Assembly: GCA_903847315.1 (NCBI GenBank)
Contig: CAINDG010000031.1
Location: 31,435 to 95,434 of the forward strand
Reading direction: 5' to 3'
Origin: an uncultured Planctomycetota bacterium
Lineage (GTDB): Bacteria > Planctomycetota > Phycisphaerae > Sedimentisphaerales > UBA12454
DNA length: 64,000 nt
Shown here piece by piece: positions 1-9,288 of this stretch. Each line of letters starts with the position of its first letter. The stretch's first letter is position 1. Under the pieces are notes generated by a model that saw only the letters and a program-made list of their open reading frames with translations, was not told where the DNA came from and searched no databases. The position numbers and the translations under genes are program-made.

Positions 1-123
1 GACAAAGAAACTAATTTTACAGCGCTCGAAGAAGAAAAGAAACGACTCGAAGAATATGTATCAGCCTGCGGTCCGGCGGCGAAAAAGGCTGTAACTTTTA
101 CCAGAGGACAAATGAGACTGTGA
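1..123 (+). CDS. 3' end of an upstream phage ORF (function unknown; sits just before the portal gene)
   Basis: Frame 1 is open from the window edge (DKETNFTALEEEKKRLEEYVSACGPAAKKAVTFTRGQMRL*). Its TGA overlaps the portal GTG (GTGA). Confidence 0.3.
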   Translation, partial: DKETNFTALEEEKKRLEEYVSACGPAAKKAVTFTRGQMRL

Positions 124-1595
124 GACTGGCAGATAGAAATATTGACAAGGCAAATTACAAGGGTGAATATACCGCACTGGGTTATCGCTCCGCAACAATT
201 GCACGTCGAGAGGGCAGGACACCACAACGGCTCAGCGGCGAAGCACACCAGTTATATGACAGAATCGAACTTATAGGCCAATCTCGAATGTTTATGATGG
301 ACAATGCGATTTATAAAGGCCTTATCGAGAGAGCCGTCAGTTATATTGTCGGCGATGGATTCACTATACAATCGAAATGCGTCAATAAAGATACCCGTCT
401 GCTGGTTGAAAAAAGATGGAAGGCTTTCTGGAAAAAACCTGAAATCACAAATACCATGTCCGGAACGGACTGCGAAAAGATGACCAGCCGTGAAGTTTTG
501 ACCTGTGGCGACACCGGAACATTAAAAACCACTCAAAATAAAATCCAATTATTCGAGGCGGAACAGATTACCAAGTCTGAGCTTGGAGATATTGGAATCG
601 ACAGAGATGCTTACGGCAGACCTGTGGCATTTTATGTTGGCGGGTATAAAAAATATGGATATATAGACAAAAGGACCATTAAGCCATATACCCCGCAACA
701 ATTTTTATTTATATCGACCCCTGAACGGCCAAGCTGCATTCGCTGTGTTCCGCCCTGCCAGGCATCATTCCCAATGTTCCACAGAATCGATGATGTATGC
801 GACAGCGAGGCTATAGCATGGCAACTCCTGGCCAGACTGGCATTATCACAAACGCAGGAACATGGCAGGGAAGTAGCTTTTGCGGAAAGTAAAGAGGATG
901 ATGAAAGTAATAAAGAATTTAAAACACGAATTACCGAATTAGATTACGCCCTGATTTTTCACGGAAAACCCGGCGAAGAGATAAAAGGCATAGAACGTAA
1001 TATCCCCGGAAAGGATTTTTCGGCCTCTTTGAGAATGTTCCTGCGGCTTGCGGGCCTTCCAATTGGTCTGCCGCTTGAAATAATTTTGCTTGATTGGACG
1101 CAGAGTAACTATTCTCAAAGCAGAGCGGTGCTATTGCAGGCATTTCTGGCGTTCCTGGGCTGGCAGGATAAAAACGCAGATTTTTTCCTTTCCCCGATTT
1201 TCGAATGGCAGGTAATAAATGATATTGTCGATGGAATTTACAAAGACCTTGATCAGACAGGCATTTTAGAACACGACTGGATCAAGCCCGCATTTCCGTG
1301 GATTGATCAGCTCAAAGAAGCTCTCGCATGGTGCGCTAAGTTAAACCAGGGGTTAAGTCTGCATGCGACAGTCTTGAAATCTCTCGGTGAAGAAAGAGAA
1401 GATTTCAATAATGAACGTCAAAAGGAAATAGAAGATGCCATTGACAGGTCAAAAGCAATCAAGGAAAAACACGGTGTCGAAGTTCCCTGGCAGATATTTG
1501 CAGGTCTGCTGAGCCCGGATATGGAAAAAATAAATACATCACTTTTACATGACATGGCAAATGCCGATGAAAAAATTCCAAAGGGTGCAAAATGA
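120..1595 (+). CDS. Phage portal protein (lambda-family-like)
   Basis: 491 aa. The segment LDWTQSNYSQSRAVLLQAF resembles the conserved NYS..R core of lambda-type portals. It is the first gene of the head module, and its stop overlaps the next start (ATGA at 1592). Confidence 0.75.
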   Translation: MRLADRNIDKANYKGEYTALGYRSATIARREGRTPQRLSGEAHQLYDRIELIGQSRMFMMDNAIYKGLIERAVSYIVGDGFTIQSKCVNKDTRLLVEKRWKAFWKKPEITNTMSGTDCEKMTSREVLTCGDTGTLKTTQNKIQLFEAEQITKSELGDIGIDRDAYGRPVAFYVGGYKKYGYIDKRTIKPYTPQQFLFISTPERPSCIRCVPPCQASFPMFHRIDDVCDSEAIAWQLLARLALSQTQEHGREVAFAESKEDDESNKEFKTRITELDYALIFHGKPGEEIKGIERNIPGKDFSASLRMFLRLAGLPIGLPLEIILLDWTQSNYSQSRAVLLQAFLAFLGWQDKNADFFLSPIFEWQVINDIVDGIYKDLDQTGILEHDWIKPAFPWIDQLKEALAWCAKLNQGLSLHATVLKSLGEEREDFNNERQKEIEDAIDRSKAIKEKHGVEVPWQIFAGLLSPDMEKINTSLLHDMANADEKIPKGAK

Positions 1596-2926
1596 ACGAA
1601 AAACAAAAAACATCGTTAGCAGTATGGAGTACAGCATTTGTCAATAATCTGCCGGATTCGGCTTTTCTGTATATCGAGCCGGGCGGTAAAAAAGATTCCG
1701 CCGGCAAAACTGTTCCTCGGTCGCTGCGGCATTTTCCGTACAAGGATGCCAGCAGAAAAATTGATCTGCCGCATCTGAGGGACGCAATAGGAAGGATTCC
1801 GCAAAGCAAGCTGCCGGCGAATATTAAAAATGCAGTCCAGGCAAAGGCCCGAAAAATTCTTGCCGGTTTAAATAAAACAAAACAAAACGAAAAAATAGAT
1901 GACCCGTGCGTTTTAACTTTCGATTCGGCCGAGGTTGAAATGTTCGGCGACTCACCGACTTCGCCGAATGCAGAGAAAAATAATATCAGGCTCCATCTTT
2001 ACGATGGTTCAATCATTCAGCATCCGTACTGGGGCAACCTGGCTTTCGAATTATCGACGATGAGTCTGCAAAAACCCGTTGTGCCTATTCTTGTTGACCA
2101 TACCGACCCAATAGCTGTTTCAACGGGAGCTAATTTTCAAAATGAATTTATTCTCACTGGGAAATTTCTGAAAAACAACGCCGAGGCGAAGGTCGTCAAA
2201 TCCAACATGGACGATGGACTGCCTTATGAGGCAAGTCTGCGGTTCGACCCGCGAAAGAGCAAAATGGAAGTGATTCCGGAAGGCGGTAAAGGAAATGTCA
2301 ACGGCATTGAAATCCCAGGCCCGGGCACAATATTCAGAGATACAAAAGTCAAGGAAGGCAGCGTTTGCCTTTTTGGCCAGGCGAATAATTGTAAATCAGA
2401 ATCATTTAATTTTTTAAATGAAAGGAAAGATGTTATGCCAGACGAAAAAGCAGAACTCGATGCATCAGCCATCGGCGCAGAGGCTTTAGCGGCGGAAAGA
2501 ACAAGAATGACCGAAATTAAAAAGGCATTCCCCGACGATGCGGCTTTTGCTCTCGAGCAGATCGAAAAAGGCGATTCGGTTCTCGAAGCAAAGGCAGCTT
2601 ACGGCGATAAGCTGAAAGAAAAACTCGCAGCCTCGGAAAAGAAAAATACCGAACTGCAGGAAAAGGCCGCGGGAAAAGCGAGCGCTGATAAACTGGCCGG
2701 CAACGCAATTAAAGCCGGCGACGACAGCGGCGATGGAAGCCAACAGTCAGCGGCAACCGAAGATTTCATGACATTGTCAAGGCAGTATGTCAAAGACAAT
2801 AAATGCTCGATGACAGATGCGATGAAACATATCGCGGCCGAAAAGTCGGAAGTTCATCAGGCATTCCTCGACAAGGCATCGCAGACGAAAGTAAGAGTTT
2901 CGGGCAAGGCAAAAAGAGTAGCGTAA
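1592..2926 (+). CDS. Putative head maturation protease fused to a scaffold-like coiled-coil C-terminus
   Basis: Lies between portal and capsid. N-terminal LPDSAFLYIEPGG...RHFPYKD...LPHLRDAIGRIPQS motif is common in phage head proteins. PILVDHTD region is protease-like. C-terminal ~150 aa are Ala/Lys/Glu-rich and helical. Confidence 0.5.
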   Translation: MNEKQKTSLAVWSTAFVNNLPDSAFLYIEPGGKKDSAGKTVPRSLRHFPYKDASRKIDLPHLRDAIGRIPQSKLPANIKNAVQAKARKILAGLNKTKQNEKIDDPCVLTFDSAEVEMFGDSPTSPNAEKNNIRLHLYDGSIIQHPYWGNLAFELSTMSLQKPVVPILVDHTDPIAVSTGANFQNEFILTGKFLKNNAEAKVVKSNMDDGLPYEASLRFDPRKSKMEVIPEGGKGNVNGIEIPGPGTIFRDTKVKEGSVCLFGQANNCKSESFNFLNERKDVMPDEKAELDASAIGAEALAAERTRMTEIKKAFPDDAAFALEQIEKGDSVLEAKAAYGDKLKEKLAASEKKNTELQEKAAGKASADKLAGNAIKAGDDSGDGSQQSAATEDFMTLSRQYVKDNKCSMTDAMKHIAAEKSEVHQAFLDKASQTKVRVSGKAKRVA

Positions 2927-2979
2927 TTTTAAAACAGAAATATTTACGAAAAAGCGGCTAAAAAGTTAATTGGAATTTA

Positions 2980-2997
2980 CTCCCTGACGGGAGTTTT
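2980..2997 (+). terminator. Short hairpin CTCCC-TGAC-GGGAG followed by TTTT
   Basis: Pairing checked by hand. Sits between the protease/scaffold and decoration genes. The same TCCCTGACGGGA 12-mer recurs inside the repeat element at 11581-11646. Confidence 0.35.
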
Positions 2998-3029
2998 AAA
3001 AAACTTTGTTTTTTAAAAGGAGTATAAAA

Positions 3030-4193
3030 ATGGGACAAACGAGCAATTCACCTAAAACATTCCTCGCAACTGAGGTACTTGAGGCTGACAGACGAGTCAA
3101 ATTGTCAAGTGCTGCGGGTTATGTCGAATATGCCGACCAAGCGGATAGTTCCGGATGGATAGGTATTACCATTGGAAAGGCCGACGCAATAAATGATACG
3201 GTCGCGGTCGAACTTAAAGACGCTGCCAAAACCCAAAGAGCTGTCGCGGCCGATAGTTTTGCGTACGGAGCGGTTCTTTATGCCGCCAACGATGGCAAGG
3301 TTTCCGACAGTGCTTCGGGCAATGCGATTGGAACGGCTCTTGAAGCCGCCACAGCGCCCGGAGATATCGTAGAGGTTCTCTATGATAAAGGAGCGGCGTC
3401 AATAATAATTGGCAGTTCCGTTCCAGATTCTATGATTTACGTCAGTCCCGATGGAAGCGATACGGCAGGCAACGGGTCAATGATTGGACCTTATGCCACA
3501 ATAACCAAGGCATTGTCGGTGGTAACGGCAAGCCGCAAGACAATTATGGTGTTCCCTGGCGAATACGTCGAAACACTGGCTTTGGTTTGGCCGAATGTTA
3601 CCGGCGTCAGCATTAATGGATTCGGCGGCGATGTGACAATCGTCGGAACGTCAGGCCAGACAGAAGTTGTCCTGATTAACCCGACATTCTCGGCATCAAC
3701 ATTTGAAGCGACGCTCAGTAATTTGACCATATCGGCTCCCGATGGCGTCAAGGGCATTGTATTTAACAATCAGAACACGACAGGCCGAAAATTCAATCTG
3801 TATTTGCATAATGTCGGCATTGACGCCGATACGGATACCGACCAATCGCTTGATGTTGTTCACACAACAACTACCCAGGCGATGCGGGTTTATTGCGACG
3901 GTCAGCGGAATATCATCGAAGGACTGGTTTACATCGCTCCGCAAAATGCCGATGACCGGTTCACGTTTACAAATATGCAGTTTGATGGCGGCATTCAGTT
4001 CGGCACGGCTACCATTGCATCGGTATCTACGTTCAAGAACTGCATTATGAAAGATGCCGGTGGATCCGGCGGTCAGGATACGCAAATACTTAACGTCCTG
4101 AATTGTCACAGCCTGACAGGGACAACCTATGCGATTGCAGCTCTGAACGATTTTGCAGCCAACGCAGCGGAAGTAATACTGCCCGCGGCTTAA
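3030..4193 (+). CDS. Head decoration-type (DUF2190-like) N-domain fused to a right-handed beta-helix-like C-domain
   Basis: ATG 3030 is preceded by AAGGAG (3017-3022); the track ORF starts at TTG 3006. N-terminal ~115 aa (GWIGITIGKA...GDIVEVLY) resemble small capsid decoration proteins found just upstream of the major capsid gene. C-terminal part contains DGSDTAGNGS..GPYATITKAL...IMVFPGEYVE, as in pectate-lyase-fold proteins. Confidence 0.5.
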   Translation: MGQTSNSPKTFLATEVLEADRRVKLSSAAGYVEYADQADSSGWIGITIGKADAINDTVAVELKDAAKTQRAVAADSFAYGAVLYAANDGKVSDSASGNAIGTALEAATAPGDIVEVLYDKGAASIIIGSSVPDSMIYVSPDGSDTAGNGSMIGPYATITKALSVVTASRKTIMVFPGEYVETLALVWPNVTGVSINGFGGDVTIVGTSGQTEVVLINPTFSASTFEATLSNLTISAPDGVKGIVFNNQNTTGRKFNLYLHNVGIDADTDTDQSLDVVHTTTTQAMRVYCDGQRNIIEGLVYIAPQNADDRFTFTNMQFDGGIQFGTATIASVSTFKNCIMKDAGGSGGQDTQILNVLNCHSLTGTTYAIAALNDFAANAAEVILPAA

Positions 4194-4384
4194 GCGAAGT
4201 GATTTCGCAATTTACAAGTAAATAATTTGTAACGGGTTCTCCGAGGCGGATTGCAACCGCCGAGGAGACGAAAGAATAAAAAAAGGCGGCTGTGTAGAGC
4301 TACACCTCTATACGGATCGCCTTTTTTTATTGCCCTGAAAACGAAAATAAAAACAAAAACTTAAATTTTTTTAGGAGACATAAG

Positions 4385-5338
4385 ATGCCAGTACAATATT
4401 CAGGTTATGCTGTGCCGAGAGCTGATTTGGGGGAAGCATTCCACGAATTTCAGCCTGACCAGAACTTCATCGCCGAACAGATTTTTCCGGTTCGAGGCGT
4501 GATGAAAAAGGCGGCTTCACTTTCAGTGATAACCCGCAAAAATTTAAAACGCTCTGACACCAAGCATGCCAACGGGGCAGCTTTTGCGCGTATCGGACTC
4601 GATGCGAAGGATATGGACTACAAGTGCGTGTCCGAAGGTTTGGAGTATCCTCTGACCAATGAAGACCGCGAAAATTATGCCAGCGATTTCGACGCCGAAG
4701 TCGAAGGAGTCCAGGTTCTTAAATTGAAAATGCTGCTCGAGCGGGAATGCCGCGTCAAGGATCTTGTATTCAACACGACTACCTGGACAGGCACTCCTCT
4801 TTACACCGATGTCAGCGGGTCTATACCGTTTGCGACTGCCGGATCGGCCATTATTCCGGTGATTACAGCGGCAAAAGAAAAATCCCGCCTGTTGACGGGT
4901 GTTACACCCGACACTCTCATCCTGGGAGAAGCTTTGGTGCTTCAAATTCTCGCAAATACCACGATAAAAGCCTGCTTCCCAGGCGCCACCCTGATTACAC
5001 AGGAGATGCTCCGCCAGGCACTGCCGGGAATTTTCGACTTAAATCAATTGATCGTAGGAAACGCGGTTTATGATAGTGCCAAAGAAGGTCGGGCATTCAG
5101 CGGTTCGGACATATGGGGTTCAACTTACGCGATGGTTGCCAAGGTGCAAAAAGGCGCAACTAATATAAATGCCGGCCTTGGCCGCTCGATTGTCTGGACG
5201 CCGATGGATAACGGAGTTGATTCGATTATCCAGTATCGCGAAGAGCAGACCGACAGCGATATATTCCGAGGTCAGGGTTTCAGACAGGAAAAAGTTTTTG
5301 ATACAGCCTTCGCCCATTTACTGAAAGTCAACGTCTAA
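4385..5338 (+). CDS. Major capsid protein (lambda gpE / P2-type E-family-like)
   Basis: 317 aa. AGGAG lies upstream of the ATG. Position is after the decoration gene. Size and N-terminus (MPVQYSGYAVPRADLGEAF...) are typical of E-family capsids. A strong hairpin follows. Confidence 0.7.
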   Translation: MPVQYSGYAVPRADLGEAFHEFQPDQNFIAEQIFPVRGVMKKAASLSVITRKNLKRSDTKHANGAAFARIGLDAKDMDYKCVSEGLEYPLTNEDRENYASDFDAEVEGVQVLKLKMLLERECRVKDLVFNTTTWTGTPLYTDVSGSIPFATAGSAIIPVITAAKEKSRLLTGVTPDTLILGEALVLQILANTTIKACFPGATLITQEMLRQALPGIFDLNQLIVGNAVYDSAKEGRAFSGSDIWGSTYAMVAKVQKGATNINAGLGRSIVWTPMDNGVDSIIQYREEQTDSDIFRGQGFRQEKVFDTAFAHLLKVNV

Positions 5339-5366
5339 AGTAAAAATAAATTAAAAGAGAAACTTT

Positions 5367-5405
5367 GCCGACGGCGGGTGACAAAATCATCCGCCGGCGG
5401 ATTTT
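5367..5405 (+). terminator. Intrinsic terminator-like hairpin after the capsid gene
   Basis: CCGACGGCGG (5368-5377) pairs 9/10 with CCGCCGGCGG (5391-5400), followed by ATTTTACTTT. Confidence 0.55.
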
Positions 5406-5593
5406 ACTTTAAGGCGGTTATGGTAGATGACCTAAAAACAGCAGTGCCGGCGGAAATAAAAACGACAGACATGTTGAACAGGCGAGCAAGTGACAGTAGG
5501 GCGCTCTTATAGTCGGCGGATTAACCACAGCGGGTGGAACACCAATCGTTGAAAAACTATGGCAAATTTTTATAGGTAAATAAAGGATTTGTT

Positions 5594-5815
5594 ATGTCTG
5601 AAGTATGTCCCGAACATAGCGGAATGGTGGCGGATATGCACGGACTTAGTGCCTCCATTAATAAATTGGAAGAGGCGGTTAAAATTTTAACCTTAAAACT
5701 GGACATATTACTGCAAAGACCGACATGGATGGTCTGTGTCGCGATTTCAACTATGAGCGGAATAATCGGAGTCTTGGGGACCTTTATTTTATATGTACAT
5801 TTTGCGGTGAAATAA
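5594..5815 (+). CDS. Small membrane protein, XhlA-like architecture (N-terminal coiled coil, C-terminal TM)
   Basis: 73 aa. INKLEEAVKILTLKLDILLQ coiled segment is followed by a hydrophobic WMVCVAISTMSGIIGVLGTFILYV segment. The call rests on architecture only. Confidence 0.3.
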   Translation: MSEVCPEHSGMVADMHGLSASINKLEEAVKILTLKLDILLQRPTWMVCVAISTMSGIIGVLGTFILYVHFAVK

Positions 5816-6043
5816 AACAGTGAAATTAATACCCTCCGTAGTTTCGCCAAGGGCTCAAGGACAAAATGAAATTAAAAATGAAAATTTTTGAGGTTGCTAT
5901 GGTCGCCGAATTTACGGTCGAAACCAATAATCCCGAACAGGCGAAATCAGATGCAAAAGCGACCGCAAAGAATTTTTCACAAACACTGAACTGGCACCTG
6001 CCGGGAAGAATGAGGATTTAATCGTACAGACGGAATAGATAGG

Positions 6044-8098
6044 ATGAATAAAATCAAAAATCAAAAATCAAAAATCGAACGTAAAGACGCACGGCCGTGC
6101 GTCTCTACCATAACCATAATCGCAATTACGATTATGGCGAATATCTGTTTTGCGGAATCGAATCTTGTTGCACACTGGTCAATGAATGACCGGGAAGATA
6201 GCAACGTAGTTGCTGCCACAGTCGGTAGCAATGCTGTCTATTATGGCACTAAACCAAATTATATCGGCACTCATATTTACGGTTACAACTGCAATGTTTA
6301 TACGGCGTGGACTAAATACCCAAGTGATATGAAGATTGCAAACGATACTACCCATACTGAATACGGTGGTGCATCGGTCAAAGCGACTTGTTCAGCAGCC
6401 GCCACGTGGGGCAAGATAACGCATACTATGACAAAGACAGACTTAACCGGAACTCATTTTGCAGTCAGGATGTACATATACAAAGGTGTAAGTGGCGAAC
6501 CGAATTCATATTTAAATCTGAACTCCATCTCTATGAATATTGAGGATGCCAATGGCGATGGTCGCGGCTTTACGTTATGGAGTAATACTACTGGTACATA
6601 CGGCTATTCTGGATATAGCGGCTGGTACTGGTTCACAGGTGATATAAACGAGCCGACGAGCAGTTACGCCGGAAATTTTAAGGGCATAACCAAAATATAT
6701 TTCAATTTTGTAGATGACGATGAGGTGACCTGTACGGCATCTGTGTCAGTTGATAAAATAGTTTTTTACAAGCCCACAAATCCCAAAGCGATGGTTTTGT
6801 TTGAATTAGACGGTGGGCTTACCCGCCAGAAACCAGCCCTCAATTTTTTGCAGAGCAAAGGAATGAGGGGTACTGTTTTTGCCAACTCCTTTACGGCAGG
6901 TACTGCCGGTCACTTGAATATAACAGATTATAAAAATCTCGACGCTAACGGGCATACCATAGGTATTTATGCAACAGACGGCAATATGTGGTATGCGATG
7001 ACCAACGCAAATAAAGAGGCTATGTTTATTAGGGAACAAAACTGGCTGATAAATAATAATTTAAAAAAGGGCATAAGAGTCGCTGCCCAGTCAGGGGTAG
7101 CAGGGGTGAACGATGTAGATATGACCCTGCTACCGATATATTGCGATATGCTACTCGGCGGCATTTGTCCGGCCGCAGCGTATCGGAATAACGCCCTTTG
7201 GAACTTACAGCTTCCGGTTCTTTCTTATTTTGAGGAAGTACAGGATGTTCTAACACCATTAACTAAAGATATAAACAATAAAATGTTAATGGTTTATATT
7301 GCCCACCTTTACGATGATGCAAACGCTTTGCGTTTTAGGAATGACGTAAACACCATTGCAGCAAAAATCGCTGATGGGAACTTGGTATGTATAACACCAA
7401 ATCAACTACTAATCGGAACGACAAGCGATAATAACTCAGTTGGAAAAATCGGCGGGGCGCTGAAATTTAATGGAATAAACGATTATGTTATGGCCGATAA
7501 AACAGGTGCAACTTTAAGGCCGTTCTTTCAACATAGTTTTTCTGTTGGGATGTGGGTCGAACCCAACGATAGTCAGGCGGCTAATTGGTCGGGACTATTT
7601 GGAAACAATGACAGTCAAGCTAAATTAAATTTAGTAATAGAACCAAACGGGGAGATTGATTTTTTTTATCAGTCAGACCAAGATGCAGGAGGTGTCAGTG
7701 CACGTTCTGGTAATGTTAAATTTTCTAATGGGCAAAATAGTTGGCATCATATTGTAGGAACAATTGAAGAAATTGACCCTTGTACCGCGAGGGCAAGACT
7801 TTATTTTGATGGAGTTTTAGTAGGGACAAATCAAAATGTACCTTACGTAGATGAGGGAGAACTATTTGATTATGTTACAATGTCCCATTTTTCAGTGGCA
7901 GTTCCTATCGCCATCGGCAATGGCCTGAATGATGGCGATTTCGACCCCTATACGGTTTACAAAGGCTTAATTGACGATGTAAGAATTTATAACAAGGCGT
8001 TAAGTCCGGTTCAAATTCGGCAATTATATATTCAAGGCAAAGCAGGAAAGTCGTTATCGACTATTCCAGTAAGAATGACGAAAGGTAAGATATTATGA
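6044..8098 (+). CDS. Secreted LamG (concanavalin A-like lectin) domain protein with a possible polysaccharide-deacetylase-like middle region
   Basis: N-terminal hydrophobic signal or anchor (ITIIAITIMANICFA). C-terminus GGALKFNG.NDYV...FSVGMWV...WHHIVGT...LYFDGVLVG...LIDDVRIYNKALS is the Laminin_G_3 pattern. The middle segment FELDGGLTRQ...GTVFANSF is weakly NodB-like. Confidence 0.65.
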   Translation: MNKIKNQKSKIERKDARPCVSTITIIAITIMANICFAESNLVAHWSMNDREDSNVVAATVGSNAVYYGTKPNYIGTHIYGYNCNVYTAWTKYPSDMKIANDTTHTEYGGASVKATCSAAATWGKITHTMTKTDLTGTHFAVRMYIYKGVSGEPNSYLNLNSISMNIEDANGDGRGFTLWSNTTGTYGYSGYSGWYWFTGDINEPTSSYAGNFKGITKIYFNFVDDDEVTCTASVSVDKIVFYKPTNPKAMVLFELDGGLTRQKPALNFLQSKGMRGTVFANSFTAGTAGHLNITDYKNLDANGHTIGIYATDGNMWYAMTNANKEAMFIREQNWLINNNLKKGIRVAAQSGVAGVNDVDMTLLPIYCDMLLGGICPAAAYRNNALWNLQLPVLSYFEEVQDVLTPLTKDINNKMLMVYIAHLYDDANALRFRNDVNTIAAKIADGNLVCITPNQLLIGTTSDNNSVGKIGGALKFNGINDYVMADKTGATLRPFFQHSFSVGMWVEPNDSQAANWSGLFGNNDSQAKLNLVIEPNGEIDFFYQSDQDAGGVSARSGNVKFSNGQNSWHHIVGTIEEIDPCTARARLYFDGVLVGTNQNVPYVDEGELFDYVTMSHFSVAVPIAIGNGLNDGDFDPYTVYKGLIDDVRIYNKALSPVQIRQLYIQGKAGKSLSTIPVRMTKGKIL

Positions 8099-9288
8099 AA
8101 AAATTTAAAATTGTTCTGTCGCTTGTTTTGATATTCGCCGCGATTACTGCCGCCGATGTTTACAAAAGCACTGCCTGCAAACTCGCCGTCTATGCAGTCG
8201 ATATCACTACCGGACTAAGGGATGCTAACGACCCGAATATAACTATCAGGATTTCAAAGGATGGCGGGGCATTGACGACCCTGACGAGCCCGACCGTAAC
8301 GGAAGTAAAGGTTGCCGGTATTCACAGCGGCGTTTATACCTTTAATCTGACGGCGGCGGAAACTGATGCCAATTTGATTGTAATTGAGGCAAACAGTACA
8401 ACCGCAAATATAGGAATAGACCCGTTAATTATTATCACTTCCACAAAGACCAATTATACGCTCCTTGCAGCTTCTATCTCAGCCGGAACATTTGATGGCA
8501 TAACGGCAAAGGCATCCACAAATGACCCGAACGTAGTTGAAATTCAAAGCGGACTGGCGAAAATATCGCAAGTTACTGAGATAAATAATATTATTATGGC
8601 TAAGGCAAATACCCTAAGTACCCCCGCCGATGTAAATAAATATTCGCAATATGCCCTGGGTGTTTTCGGGGCGGCTAAAGAATCAACAGTCAACGAGACA
8701 AACGAAATAATAATCACCGCGATAAATACGAGAAGCAGTCCAAACGATGTAAATGTGATTTTATCCGCGGCAACTGCCAACATTGTTGCCATCAAAAATA
8801 AACAGATTACAAATGATGCGAACCTGTCCGCGGTGGCGGTCAAGGTAGCTGCTATCCAAATCAAACTCGGCACTGAGGATGCGAATCTATCGGCGGTGGC
8901 AGTTAAGGTAGCCGCCATCCAGACCAAACTCGGCACTGAGGATGCGAATTTATCAGCGGCGAGCGCCAAAATTACTGCTATTTATAATAAACTGCCGACA
9001 GGCAAAATAAGCGATTTCAATAATGCCTCCGAAGATGTGAATGTTTCAGATAAGACCGGCTTCAAACTAGCCTCAGATGGTCTCAATACCATAGCCACGA
9101 CAGAGCCGAGCGGCGTTGCCTCTAATTTTAGGGAAATGCTTGTTCAGACTTGGCGGAGATTTTTCAAAAAATGTACACAGGATACTACTACGATAAAAAC
9201 TTACAAAGACAACGGCATTCTGAATACTACCCAAATAATAACAACGGTCGGCGGAGTTACTACGGTTGGAGACGCCAATGGCAGTTGA
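8095..9288 (+). CDS. Signal-peptide/anchor protein with 21-aa tandem repeats (phage structural or surface protein, function unknown)
   Basis: ATGA overlap with the LamG gene. N-terminus MKKFKIVLSLVLIFAAITAA. Repeats DANLSAVAVKVAAIQ.KLGTE occur 2.6 times. Confidence 0.4.
   Translation: MKKFKIVLSLVLIFAAITAADVYKSTACKLAVYAVDITTGLRDANDPNITIRISKDGGALTTLTSPTVTEVKVAGIHSGVYTFNLTAAETDANLIVIEANSTTANIGIDPLIIITSTKTNYTLLAASISAGTFDGITAKASTNDPNVVEIQSGLAKISQVTEINNIIMAKANTLSTPADVNKYSQYALGVFGAAKESTVNETNEIIITAINTRSSPNDVNVILSAATANIVAIKNKQITNDANLSAVAVKVAAIQIKLGTEDANLSAVAVKVAAIQTKLGTEDANLSAASAKITAIYNKLPTGKISDFNNASEDVNVSDKTGFKLASDGLNTIATTEPSGVASNFREMLVQTWRRFFKKCTQDTTTIKTYKDNGILNTTQIITTVGGVTTVGDANGS
8815..8990 (+). 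repeat. 63-bp tandem repeat, about 2.6 copies, in frame inside the CDS
   Basis: Units at 8815-8877 and 8878-8940 are near-identical (a few mostly synonymous changes). The third unit, from 8941, diverges. Confidence 0.9.

Noticed and set aside
8815-8990. CRISPR-like regular repeats
   Set aside because: The 63-bp units are contiguous with no spacers and are in frame within a CDS. No cas genes are present.
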